Assembly: GCA_046290225.1 (NCBI GenBank)
Contig: JBKAGE010000078.1
Location: 256,001-320,000, forward strand
From: Bradymonadia bacterium
Lineage (GTDB): Bacteria > Myxococcota_A > Bradymonadia > UBA7976 > UBA1532
Direction: 5' to 3'
Length of the DNA stretch: 64,000 nucleotides
Made by a program: the position numbers and the translations under genes. Each line of letters begins with the position of its first letter. Position 1 is the first letter of the stretch. Shown one piece after another: positions 26,893-38,276 of the stretch. The notes under the pieces were generated by a model. The model was not told the origin of the DNA. It worked only from the letters and a program-made list of their open reading frames with translations, and made no database searches.

Positions 26893-28515
26893 TCAGCCCG
26901 CAGGCTTGCCCAGACGCAGAATGGTCTGACCGAGCATCACCGCGTCGCCCACCTGCAGGTGCCTGGCGCTCTTCAGCTTCACCCAGGTGCCATTCCTGCT
27001 GGTGAGATCGCGCAGGGTGAGATGGCTGGCCCGAGGGAGAGCCAGGGCATGGATGCCACTCATGAAGGTGTCGTGGGTGAAGACCCAGTCGCCGACGTGG
27101 CGACCGATGCGGCAGCCCTCATCTTGCAGATAGTGGGTGTTGTACGCTCGACCTTCATGGTCGACCTGCACCAGACGCCACTGCACCTTCGAGGGCCGGT
27201 CGACGTACATCTTCGAGCCCAACCGCTCAGTGCCATCGTCGGTGGGCGCAGCCACGGGCAAGGGCTCGACGCGCTCTGCCCGGAGCACCTGCTGGCCGAC
27301 AAGACAGAGCTCGCCGTCTCCCAGCTGGACGTCGCCGCGCACCCTCATCCAGATGCCGTTGCTCTCATCGAGGGGCTCCACCACCACACCATCTGGCTCC
27401 GGCACGAACCGACCATGGAGCGGTGCCATGCGCAGGTCGCCTTCGATGACGACGTCTGCCTGGGCGCGACCGACGGTGACACCATCATCGGCAATGGGGA
27501 TGCCATAGCTCTGCTCGAGGTTGTTCGACAACGCCCGGAGCACGAAACGCGCAGCCTTGGGCAGCGGCGGCGGCACGGGGCGCACGTCGTCGGGCAGCTC
27601 GATGGCCTCGAAGTCTCCTGTCTGGAGCACCTCGGCTTCGGAGGTGACCTGATCCAGAGGCACTAGGTCGATGGAGCTGAGCGGCTCACTGTTGTCGATG
27701 ACCACCTCGGGCCTGCTGATGGCCGGCGTCATGGTCTCTGCGAGGGTGCCCTTGGCAGACAATTCAGCGTCCGCGAGGGCCTCGCTGGACAGCTCAGGCG
27801 GCTCTGTAGGTGGTGGCAGCAACTCTTCAGAGGCCAACGTGTCCTGACTGGGGAGCCCCTCGGAGATCGAGTCTGGCCCCGCCTCTTCGAAGTCGTCGAG
27901 AGAGCCATCTTCCGGCTCGATCTCGTCCAGCGTGCTCACCTTGTCCGCCGCGGCCTTCTCGTCGACCCTGACCACAGGGGTCTCGGCGAGGGTGGCCATA
28001 GGCGTCGGGGCCATGGGTACAGGCATGGGCACGGGGACAGGCGTCTCACCTGAAGTCTCAACGGGCGCATCTACCGGGACGGCGGCGCGCCCCTGAGCGG
28101 GAAACTTGTCGAGGCTCGAGAGCGCCTTCATCGATGCGGGCTTCGCCGAGGGCACACCTGGGGCCAGCGCGGCATTCGTCGGTGAAGTCATCACCGGGGT
28201 ATCGGACACTCCCGCAGCAGAGGTGCTGCTCCCCTGCCCCACCCTGAGCGCCCGCGCCACAGCGCCGAGATCAACCGCCTTGGACCGCTTCCGACCATTT
28301 TCCGTGGTGTCAACCTCGTCGGCACCTTGAGCACCCAACGGGCTCAGATCCACCACGGTGGGTCGCTCCTTGCGCGCCTTCACTGAGGGCGCGGGAGGCT
28401 CGGCCACGCGCGACCGGCTCAGCGTGCGCCCGCAGTGCACACAGAAGACCGAACCATGAGGGCTCTCACCCCCACAGTGTCGACACACGACCATCTGCGG
28501 GTTTTCACCGGACAT
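26893..28515 (-). CDS. Zinc-ribbon plus tandem FHA domain protein
   Basis: N-terminal CxxC-x10-CxxC; long acidic/Pro linker; two FHA units (GR...H...NG). Confidence 0.8.
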   Translation of the reverse strand: MSGENPQMVVCRHCGGESPHGSVFCVHCGRTLSRSRVAEPPAPSVKARKERPTVVDLSPLGAQGADEVDTTENGRKRSKAVDLGAVARALRVGQGSSTSAAGVSDTPVMTSPTNAALAPGVPSAKPASMKALSSLDKFPAQGRAAVPVDAPVETSGETPVPVPMPVPMAPTPMATLAETPVVRVDEKAAADKVSTLDEIEPEDGSLDDFEEAGPDSISEGLPSQDTLASEELLPPPTEPPELSSEALADAELSAKGTLAETMTPAISRPEVVIDNSEPLSSIDLVPLDQVTSEAEVLQTGDFEAIELPDDVRPVPPPLPKAARFVLRALSNNLEQSYGIPIADDGVTVGRAQADVVIEGDLRMAPLHGRFVPEPDGVVVEPLDESNGIWMRVRGDVQLGDGELCLVGQQVLRAERVEPLPVAAPTDDGTERLGSKMYVDRPSKVQWRLVQVDHEGRAYNTHYLQDEGCRIGRHVGDWVFTHDTFMSGIHALALPRASHLTLRDLTSRNGTWVKLKSARHLQVGDAVMLGQTILRLGKPAG

Positions 28516-28739
28516 GCACGCCCCTCGTGGTGGCTCTCGCCCTGCCAGTCGCTAGGCCCTGGTTCAGGGGCTGGCTCAGAGCGCGTCGGCCTGTGGGAAG
28601 GTGGTGGGTCAAATCGCTGTTCTTTCTTTGAGTTTGTGGTGTAGCCCATGGCCACAGGAGGGTCAAGGTCCACCAGACCCATGACACCCCAGGGTGCATA
28701 AGGTTGTGCCCGTGACCCGATCGAGGACACTCTACGGCC

Positions 28740-30587
28740 ATGAAATACGCACTCTGCCTGTTCCTCAGCCTTACGCTCACCGCCTGTGGTGGGGGCCTCG
28801 TCGACCGCCCACCTCTCCCTGAGACCTCGAGCCTTCGAGACAAGACAGAGCTCAAAGTGGGCATCGAGGCCTTCGATGAAGGGCGCTTCAAAGCAGCCCG
28901 TATTCAGTTCGAGCGGTTACTCAAGGAGAACCAGGACCAAGCCATCGTGGCCCACGCCCGCTACTACATGGGTCGGATGCTCGGGCAGTCTGATCCCATA
29001 AAGGGCGCTCAGGCCCTCGAAGATCTTGCCACCGAGCTGGTGGAAGGACAGCTGCACCTCGCGGCGAGGGCCTATGGGGCAGAAGCCGCCGCTCGGGGCC
29101 ATCAATGCGCCCGAGCACGGGCCGGCGCCTCCGCCGTGCACGATCATGTGGGCGGCGCCACCCGGGCAGATCTGATGCTCTCCCTGTCCAAGTGCTTCCC
29201 ACCCCCTCAGGCCATGGCCCGCCTCGATGATGGTGCTCGCGCCGCCCACGATGCCAAAGATGAGGCCCGCGTGAGCAAGATCCGGGCAGAGGCCGTCGTA
29301 CGTGCAGCTCAGCTTCAGCCGGGTGATCGGCCAGTGATCACCGAGATGGTCATGGAGGGCCCTCTGGAGTCGGTGATGACCGGCTCGGTCGCCGAGCCTG
29401 AGCCTGTAGAATCCGCCCCGGTGGAAGACGTCCCTGTGGAGAGTTCGCCCACTCAAGAGGCGCCTGCCGTGGAAGATCCTGGGGCGCTGCTGCCCCCGGA
29501 CAGTGGGGCCTCAGTAGGCCCCATGGCGCCGGCGGGCCCCCCGCGCATCGTCGTGCTCCTCCCGCTGTCCGGCCGCTCCGCCCCGTTGGGTGATCGACTG
29601 CGCGGTGTCATCGATCTCGTCGTGGACGAAGATCACCCGGAGGGCAGCCCCCAGATCACGGTGAAAGATGCAGGATCCGTAGCCAAGACCCGAGCGGCGC
29701 TGAGTGAGCTCGCCGGCTCGACGAACGTCTCGGGCATCATCGCCATTCTCGATCGGGCCACCGCTCAAGGCAGCGGGGACGCCTTTGCAAATCTCGCTCT
29801 GCCGGTCATCGCCCTCACCCTCGGTCAGGCCCCCATGGCACACGAGGGTGTCTGGCGGGGCCTGCACACCCCTCCGCTCGTGGCTCAGGCTGCAGCACGG
29901 GCGGGCCTCGATGCCGGCGGCCGGCGAGCGGCGATCCTGTACCCCGACATCAGCTACGGAAGAGTCCTCACTCAACTGTTTCGGGGCAGCTGGCAGGCGG
30001 GCGGCGGGCAAATCGTCAAGGCCCGCAGTTGGTCGGGCACGAAGCCTGACATCAAGTCACTCGTCCGCGCCCTCAAAGGGGTGGAATTCGACACACTGTT
30101 CATCCCCGCCCCACCTCAGAGTGCCGCCACCGTCTTGAGCCACCTCGCCGCAGAGGCCGGCGTCTGGTCCAAGAGCCAGCGGCGCTCGATGAAGGGTCGC
30201 AAAGGCGTCAAGGAGGTCACCCTGCTCGGCGTGCCCGAGTGGTACACACCCAAGATCATCGACCAGGCCGGCCGCTACGTCGATGGCGCATTGTTGCCTG
30301 TGCCCTATGCTGCCGAGACGGCTGGGGGTGGAACCTTCGCGGGGCAATATGTTGCCCGCCACAACCGGGCACCCACCGCATTCGAAGCGCTGCTGATGGA
30401 CGCCATCAGCGCGCTCAGTCGCGCCCATGATGCCGCCCGCTCCACCGGGGTATCCGTCGCCAGCGCGCTGCAAGGCACCCGATATGCTCAAGCGAGCGTC
30501 GGCTACGACTTCAGCCGAAAAGAGGCTGTGCAGTCACTCTTCATGCTCGAGATTACGCCCGACGGGTTTCGCCCACTGAATCGGTGA
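28740..30587 (+). CDS. Lipoprotein, LppC/LpoA-like (TPR region plus periplasmic-binding-protein fold)
   Basis: Lipobox LTAC; TPR-like helices; IVVLLPLSGRSAPLG; AILYPDISYGR; FDTLFIP. Confidence 0.7.
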   Translation: MKYALCLFLSLTLTACGGGLVDRPPLPETSSLRDKTELKVGIEAFDEGRFKAARIQFERLLKENQDQAIVAHARYYMGRMLGQSDPIKGAQALEDLATELVEGQLHLAARAYGAEAAARGHQCARARAGASAVHDHVGGATRADLMLSLSKCFPPPQAMARLDDGARAAHDAKDEARVSKIRAEAVVRAAQLQPGDRPVITEMVMEGPLESVMTGSVAEPEPVESAPVEDVPVESSPTQEAPAVEDPGALLPPDSGASVGPMAPAGPPRIVVLLPLSGRSAPLGDRLRGVIDLVVDEDHPEGSPQITVKDAGSVAKTRAALSELAGSTNVSGIIAILDRATAQGSGDAFANLALPVIALTLGQAPMAHEGVWRGLHTPPLVAQAAARAGLDAGGRRAAILYPDISYGRVLTQLFRGSWQAGGGQIVKARSWSGTKPDIKSLVRALKGVEFDTLFIPAPPQSAATVLSHLAAEAGVWSKSQRRSMKGRKGVKEVTLLGVPEWYTPKIIDQAGRYVDGALLPVPYAAETAGGGTFAGQYVARHNRAPTAFEALLMDAISALSRAHDAARSTGVSVASALQGTRYAQASVGYDFSRKEAVQSLFMLEITPDGFRPLNR

Positions 30588-30607
30588 AGGCGAGGCAGAC
30601 CGCGTGC

Positions 30608-31843
30608 TCAGGTGAGCAGGTACATCGCCGCAGCCCCGATACTCGCCGTCAGGACAGCCCCCACCAGCACCCAGGGCCAGGCCCCCGATCGTCCTCGAGG
30701 CGTTTGACCAGCCCCACCGGCCCATGTGGGCTCTGGCGCCTCGTCCAGTTGCCCCATGCTCCACTCTCCAGTAGGGCGGTCGGTGACAGGGACCGCCACA
30801 CGTTGCTCTGAAGGTGTGGGCACGTCGAACACCAGCGCATTGAGATCCGAGGCTGATGCCTGAGCGGATGGGCCCTTCCAGAGCCGATCGACCCAGTTGG
30901 CGAGATCACGGCTCGTCGCCTGGGGAAAGTGCGGCATCGAGGACATCAGCAAATGGTGGAGGAAGCCATCAGCGTCTTCGAACCGATCTCTGGGATCAGG
31001 TGAGAGCGCCCTGAGGATCACCCGCTCAAGAGAGATGGGCAGGTTGGGCATGTGGGCCGTGGGCGGGACCAGACGCTGGCCGTCCCAGGGCATGTAGCCG
31101 GTGAGGGTGCGGTACAGCACCACCCCAGCGGAGAACAGGTCGGCCCGGGCGTCGGGCATACCCCCCGCCCTCACCTCAGGAGCCACATAGGCCGCGGAAG
31201 CCGGATCAGAGAGCGCCGTGGGCCCCATGGGCAGCCCGAAGTCGGCGAGCTTCACCTGACCATCCCGGGAGATGAGCACCGTGGAGGGCCGCACAGCCCG
31301 ATGCACGACACCCACCCGGCCCTGCTCGTCGGTGTGCCTGTGGGCATAGTCGAGGGCCTTGAGCAGCTGGGACACGACGAAGATGGCCAACGGCGCCGAT
31401 AACACCCGCACTCGAGTGCGCGAAAGCAAGCCATTGACGTCGGACAAACGCGGGCCATCGACGGCCTCGAACACGATGAAGGGCGCGCCTTCGCGACGAC
31501 CGACGTCGAGGACCTGTACGATGTGGGCGTGATTGAGCTGAGCCGCGAGGCGGGCCTCTTCCATGAAGGCCTTCACCTGCGAGCGCTCGGCGGCGAGAGC
31601 AGGCCTGAGGCGCTTGATCAAGACCGGGCGTCGGAAGGCCTCTGCCCCCATCAATGCCCCGGTGTACACCTCTACAGCCGACCCCTCGGCCACTCGAGGA
31701 CCCCAGAGATATCGACCCACAGCGGTGCTGTCCGCTGGGCCAACCGGGGCAGTCGTGCCCGCATCACCGATGAGGGTGCTGGAGCGGTTTTGGGGGAATG
31801 TGTCGCCGGGAGTGTGCACTGACTGCGCTCCAAGCCACCACAT
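30608..31843 (-). CDS. Membrane-anchored Ser/Thr kinase-fold protein, predicted pseudokinase
   Basis: VLIKRL, EEARLAAQLNH, DFG, YVAPE, DLFSAG present but HRD is HRA; C-terminal TM helix; start uncertain. Confidence 0.8.
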   Translation of the reverse strand: MWWLGAQSVHTPGDTFPQNRSSTLIGDAGTTAPVGPADSTAVGRYLWGPRVAEGSAVEVYTGALMGAEAFRRPVLIKRLRPALAAERSQVKAFMEEARLAAQLNHAHIVQVLDVGRREGAPFIVFEAVDGPRLSDVNGLLSRTRVRVLSAPLAIFVVSQLLKALDYAHRHTDEQGRVGVVHRAVRPSTVLISRDGQVKLADFGLPMGPTALSDPASAAYVAPEVRAGGMPDARADLFSAGVVLYRTLTGYMPWDGQRLVPPTAHMPNLPISLERVILRALSPDPRDRFEDADGFLHHLLMSSMPHFPQATSRDLANWVDRLWKGPSAQASASDLNALVFDVPTPSEQRVAVPVTDRPTGEWSMGQLDEAPEPTWAGGAGQTPRGRSGAWPWVLVGAVLTASIGAAAMYLLT

Positions 31844-31978
31844 GGGGGGAGATGTGTACGTTCGGTGGCGCTTATAGCACGAAGCGGCGACATGCCCCCA
31901 CTGACTTTACACATTCTTCCATGGTTTCAGCCTGTTCGAGTCAAAGCTGTCAAAAACTGACCTGTGCCCCCGAGTGAA

Positions 31979-34342
<2,364 letters not shown>

Positions 34343-34490
34343 GCAGTGATCAGGCCTTTCGAGGTGACCGGGTCATTCTTAGCCGGTTCAGTGCCCAGGG
34401 GCAAAGCAAGGGCAAAGGGTTCTGCGATATGGCGTCCACCCAATGGCCTTTGCTACCTTCCCGAGGCTTTGACCTCTCTCGGAGCTGGAG

Positions 34491-35654
34491 ATGAAGATCA
34501 GTCGATTGTGTGTCCTGGGGGCACTCTCGGTCTCGTTGTGGGCCTGTGATGACGGTGACAGTGGTGGCGGCTCAGCCGGCGCCGGTGGTGATACCGGCGG
34601 CGCGGGTGGTATGGCCGCGGCAGGTGGCATGGGCGGCGCCGGGGCGGAAGGCGGCGCAGGTGGTATGGCCGGCGCAGGCGGCATGGCTGGCGGCGCTGGC
34701 GGCATGGCCGGTGGTGGCGGTGAAGGTGGCGTCGCAGGCGGCTCGGAGCCCAGCATCGACGAGCGCTGCCCCGACGCCCAGATCCGCAGCCACCTGCTGG
34801 TGTTGTTCAACGATCGCGTCGACGCCTACTTTTTCGATCCGGGCACTGGCACCGCGTCATACTTCTGCAAGTTCCTCGATCTCGGGGGCAATGGCATCAC
34901 CACCGCCACGGGCATGGCCCAGGACGCCAACGGTGACTTCTACGTGGTGGCCTCTGGCGAGCAGTTTGGCCGCGTCGTGAAGTTCAGCACCAACGGTGAG
35001 TGGATCGATGAGGTAGATCGCAACGTCAACCTCAACGGTGTCGACGGCATCTGGAACACCTTTGGTGACGACTTCGTGGTCTGGAACGCCGCCAACCAGA
35101 ACCTGTACCGCTTGACCAACGAGGGTCGCTTCGCTGGCACCTGGACCCCACCTGCAGGCCAGAGCGCCCGCGTAACCAACATCACTGATCTCACCTTTGT
35201 GGACGACGACAAGGTGGTGGCCACCTTCTCCGACCGAGAGGCCCGCCTCTTCGCGCCCCCCTTCGCGCCAGAGTTCGTCGAAGAGCAGGTGGGCCTCGCC
35301 CTTGGCGCCGGTGGCTCGGTCATCGGCGTGGAGACCGACGCGGGTACCCAGTTGCTCATGACGGCCCAGGTGGGTGGTCTTGATGGTGGCTATGGTGTGC
35401 TGCTGTTCCGCGCAGTGGCCAGCGGTCGCGCGGCGCCGGAGCTTCAGGAGATCCTCGTAATGCCCTCGGAGATCCTCGACGGTGTGGACATTCAGGCGAC
35501 GGAGTCCGGGTTCCTCGTCCTCGACTCGGCCATCGCCGGCACGCCCAACCTCGCGGTGTTCAACCGCGACGGAGATCGCCTCAACGACATCACCATCGAA
35601 GGTGAGGGCAACCCGCGTCAGTTCGAGGTGCTTCGGGTCTTCCGCGACTTCTGA
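34491..35654 (+). CDS. Lipoprotein with Gly/Ala/Met-rich linker and probable beta-propeller domain
   Basis: Lipobox LWAC; repeated GGMAGA units; beta-rich repeats (e.g. GRVVKFSTNGEW, LYRLTNEGRF). Confidence 0.65.
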   Translation: MKISRLCVLGALSVSLWACDDGDSGGGSAGAGGDTGGAGGMAAAGGMGGAGAEGGAGGMAGAGGMAGGAGGMAGGGGEGGVAGGSEPSIDERCPDAQIRSHLLVLFNDRVDAYFFDPGTGTASYFCKFLDLGGNGITTATGMAQDANGDFYVVASGEQFGRVVKFSTNGEWIDEVDRNVNLNGVDGIWNTFGDDFVVWNAANQNLYRLTNEGRFAGTWTPPAGQSARVTNITDLTFVDDDKVVATFSDREARLFAPPFAPEFVEEQVGLALGAGGSVIGVETDAGTQLLMTAQVGGLDGGYGVLLFRAVASGRAAPELQEILVMPSEILDGVDIQATESGFLVLDSAIAGTPNLAVFNRDGDRLNDITIEGEGNPRQFEVLRVFRDF

Positions 35655-35703
35655 GGCTCGAGGCTGAGCCCCCTGTTCGGCCTGCTCCCCCAACCTGCAC
35701 AGG

Positions 35704-36642
35704 TTACTCTGACCGGGCAGCCCTGCGCATGAGCGTCTCGAGGGCTTGCTGAGCGGTAAACTGACCCCCCAACAGCCCGGCGACTGCCTTCAGCATGGGT
35801 GTCTCCACCCCCTGGCGGGCCGCTCTCGCAGCCAGGGCCCTGGCGCCATGGGCCAGCTCGGGATCTACGGCCATGGCCTTTTCTACGTCGCCCTTGGCGA
35901 GGTGCTGCCCCATCATCCAGCCTTCACCTGCACCTTCGAAGATGAGGGTGGTGATGACCCCCAGGCCTGCGAGGCCATAGGCGGTGCCGCTGTGCCCACC
36001 GAGGGCCTTCACCAGGCGCTCGCTCTCGGCGAGGGCCCGTGTGAGGGCCGTGGCCTCGGTGGCCGCACCTGCGCCGAGGGCGCGGGCGATGCTCACGGGG
36101 ATCACCATGATGTGGGCCAGCACATCGGCGAGCTCCACCCCGGTGAGATCGTCGCTGGTGTAGACACGCAGGTGGGGGCGCACCATGGCCCCCTGAATCT
36201 CCCGTGCCCACGAGACGAATGGACTGCCCACCACCAGCGCGCCGGGCTTGTCGGCCTTCAGTGCCTCAGCGTCAGCGGCACCGGCGAGGGCCGCCACCTG
36301 TCGCACACACGTCAGACGGTACACCGCCTCGCTGGCCCGCAGATGAGAGACAGGTGACAGGCCCCGGGCAGTGGTGACGATGCGGTGGTGCCCGGCGAAG
36401 AGTGCAGCGAGACCCTCCAAGGCCCGCTCAGTGTCAGCCATCGACAGGGCCATGACCACCCGCTCCGAGGCGCCCAGCGCCCGCTCGGCGTCGGTGGTGT
36501 GAGTGACCCCCGCGGGCAGCTTCCGCCGTGAAGTCTTCACCCCCAGGAGCAGGACCTGCTGCGCGTTACGCGACAGCACGCGGGCCAACGCCCGGCCCCA
36601 GGGGCCATCTCCGATGATCGTCCAGCTCGGTCCAGTGCTCAT
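35704..36642 (-). CDS. NAD(P)H glycerol-3-phosphate dehydrogenase homolog with degenerate active site
   Basis: GDGPWGRALA Rossmann motif, LRVYTSDDLTGVEL, GLAGLG; ATGA overlap with the upstream acyltransferase. Confidence 0.8.
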   Translation of the reverse strand: MSTGPSWTIIGDGPWGRALARVLSRNAQQVLLLGVKTSRRKLPAGVTHTTDAERALGASERVVMALSMADTERALEGLAALFAGHHRIVTTARGLSPVSHLRASEAVYRLTCVRQVAALAGAADAEALKADKPGALVVGSPFVSWAREIQGAMVRPHLRVYTSDDLTGVELADVLAHIMVIPVSIARALGAGAATEATALTRALAESERLVKALGGHSGTAYGLAGLGVITTLIFEGAGEGWMMGQHLAKGDVEKAMAVDPELAHGARALAARAARQGVETPMLKAVAGLLGGQFTAQQALETLMRRAARSE

Positions 36643-38276
36643 CGGACCCCCTCCTCGAAGACGCCTCGGCACAAGGCCTCGTGCCAGTGACTCAAACGGT
36701 TGGCGTAGTAGTGCAGCAGCTTCGGAGCGTTCACCACCAGCAGCTCGCCCTGGCGCTCCACCACAGCACGGGTGTGATACATGCCGAAGGTGCGCACCCC
36801 CTCGTCCACGATGGCTTCGGTGGGCTGGTTCTTGATGAAGGCGTCCACCGTGAGGCGGCCCTCGGCCTCGAGGGCCAGCAACGTGGACTTGAGGCGCTCG
36901 GCGTCGGCGTAGATGTCCGACATCGAGTGGCCATCCCCGCTCGTCGTACGCAGCAGGGCGAACAGATCGAGGCTCGGCGAGGCGCGACGCTCCCGGGTCA
37001 TGAGCAACCAGGCCACACAGTGGCTGGGGAGCACCACCGTCTCTCTCAAGAAGGCCTCACCCACCGCCGTGCCCAGCATGCGGGTGTATTCGCGATCACG
37101 GGCCGGATCGATGACCGGGTGCCCATCGCGGTAGAGGTAGCGTCGGGGATCGATGACCGAGCCGTCGGGGCCCCGGCTTGTGCCGTCGGGGGCCACGGGG
37201 TTGCCGAAGACGTCCAGGGGCACCCCATAGCGGATCACCATGTTGGTGTTGAGGGCCATCACCTTGATGGCGTACTGGGTCACCTTGCTGATCTTCGAGA
37301 ACTCGTCGTCCTCGATGATGTACCGCGCCTGGCCCTTCTCCTTGAGGTGATCCTCGATGAGGGTCTCGGCCTCGAGCACCAGCGGGTAGTTGATGGTGAC
37401 CGGCACGATGTAGATCGGCCGGGCGTCACCTCGGCTCACCCGCGCCTGGAAGGCCGTGAGCGCGGTGCCCATCAGACCCAGCTTCAAGTGTTGCTCCACC
37501 TCATTGGAGCGGCTCCGGGTGCCGCCGGGGAAAAACAGGCTGTGGAAACCGCGCTCCAGCAGGACCTGACTGTAGGTCTTCAAGATCTGCTTGTAGAGCC
37601 CGTGGCGCAGCCGTCGATCAACCCGGTAGGCCCCGAGGTTGCGCATGAAGAACGAGATCAGCGGGTTGGAGAACAGGTTCTTGCCGGCGCCATAGGTCGC
37701 CGGGGGCAGGCCCGCCTCCACCAGGGACCAGCCGAGGACGATGCTGTCGAGGTTGCTCGAGTGAGTGGGCACGATCACCAGCGTGCCCCGCTCCATGAGC
37801 GCCCGAGCCTGCTCGGTGTGCCCCTCGACCCGGATCCGCTCCGAGAGATCGCGCATCGAGGCGAGGCCCGAGATGCGATCTGAGGTGTTGAACAGCATCT
37901 TGAGGCCCACGGGCAGCATGCGCGACGCGAAGCGATACACCCGAGGATCGAAGTTGCCCACGACGTCGGAGACATAGAAGCGCGCGAGATCTTCCAGTTC
38001 CCCCTCGAGGGCCGAGGCGTCCATGCGTCCCAGACGGCGAGCGAGGCTGTTCCACTTCGCCAGTCGATCGGCGCTGGCCCCGGGGGTCTTCTCGAGGCGC
38101 CTGATCTCGTGGAACGCAGCGTCGTTGAGCACCAGCTGATAGCTGCGCGGAGCCTTGAGCCCACCAAAGCTGGCGAGCTCGTGCACCACACGGCGGGTCA
38201 CCTCTCGCTGGATGTCCTCGCGATGCCGGTTGAACTGGAAGATCGGGGCGGCCCGGGTCTGGAAGGCTGTGCTCAC
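36639..38276 (-). CDS. Glycerol-3-phosphate acyltransferase, PlsB/PlsC superfamily
   Basis: HxxxxD (HSSNLD), GAYRVDR, FPGGTRS, IVPVTINY; GTG start overlaps the upstream stop (GTGA). Confidence 0.85.
   Translation of the reverse strand: MSTAFQTRAAPIFQFNRHREDIQREVTRRVVHELASFGGLKAPRSYQLVLNDAAFHEIRRLEKTPGASADRLAKWNSLARRLGRMDASALEGELEDLARFYVSDVVGNFDPRVYRFASRMLPVGLKMLFNTSDRISGLASMRDLSERIRVEGHTEQARALMERGTLVIVPTHSSNLDSIVLGWSLVEAGLPPATYGAGKNLFSNPLISFFMRNLGAYRVDRRLRHGLYKQILKTYSQVLLERGFHSLFFPGGTRSRSNEVEQHLKLGLMGTALTAFQARVSRGDARPIYIVPVTINYPLVLEAETLIEDHLKEKGQARYIIEDDEFSKISKVTQYAIKVMALNTNMVIRYGVPLDVFGNPVAPDGTSRGPDGSVIDPRRYLYRDGHPVIDPARDREYTRMLGTAVGEAFLRETVVLPSHCVAWLLMTRERRASPSLDLFALLRTTSGDGHSMSDIYADAERLKSTLLALEAEGRLTVDAFIKNQPTEAIVDEGVRTFGMYHTRAVVERQGELLVVNAPKLLHYYANRLSHWHEALCRGVFEEGVR

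Noticed and set aside
34555..34745. GGC-rich repeats in the lipoprotein gene as a distinct repeat element
   Set aside because: They encode a Gly/Ala/Met low-complexity linker, common after lipoboxes in this group.
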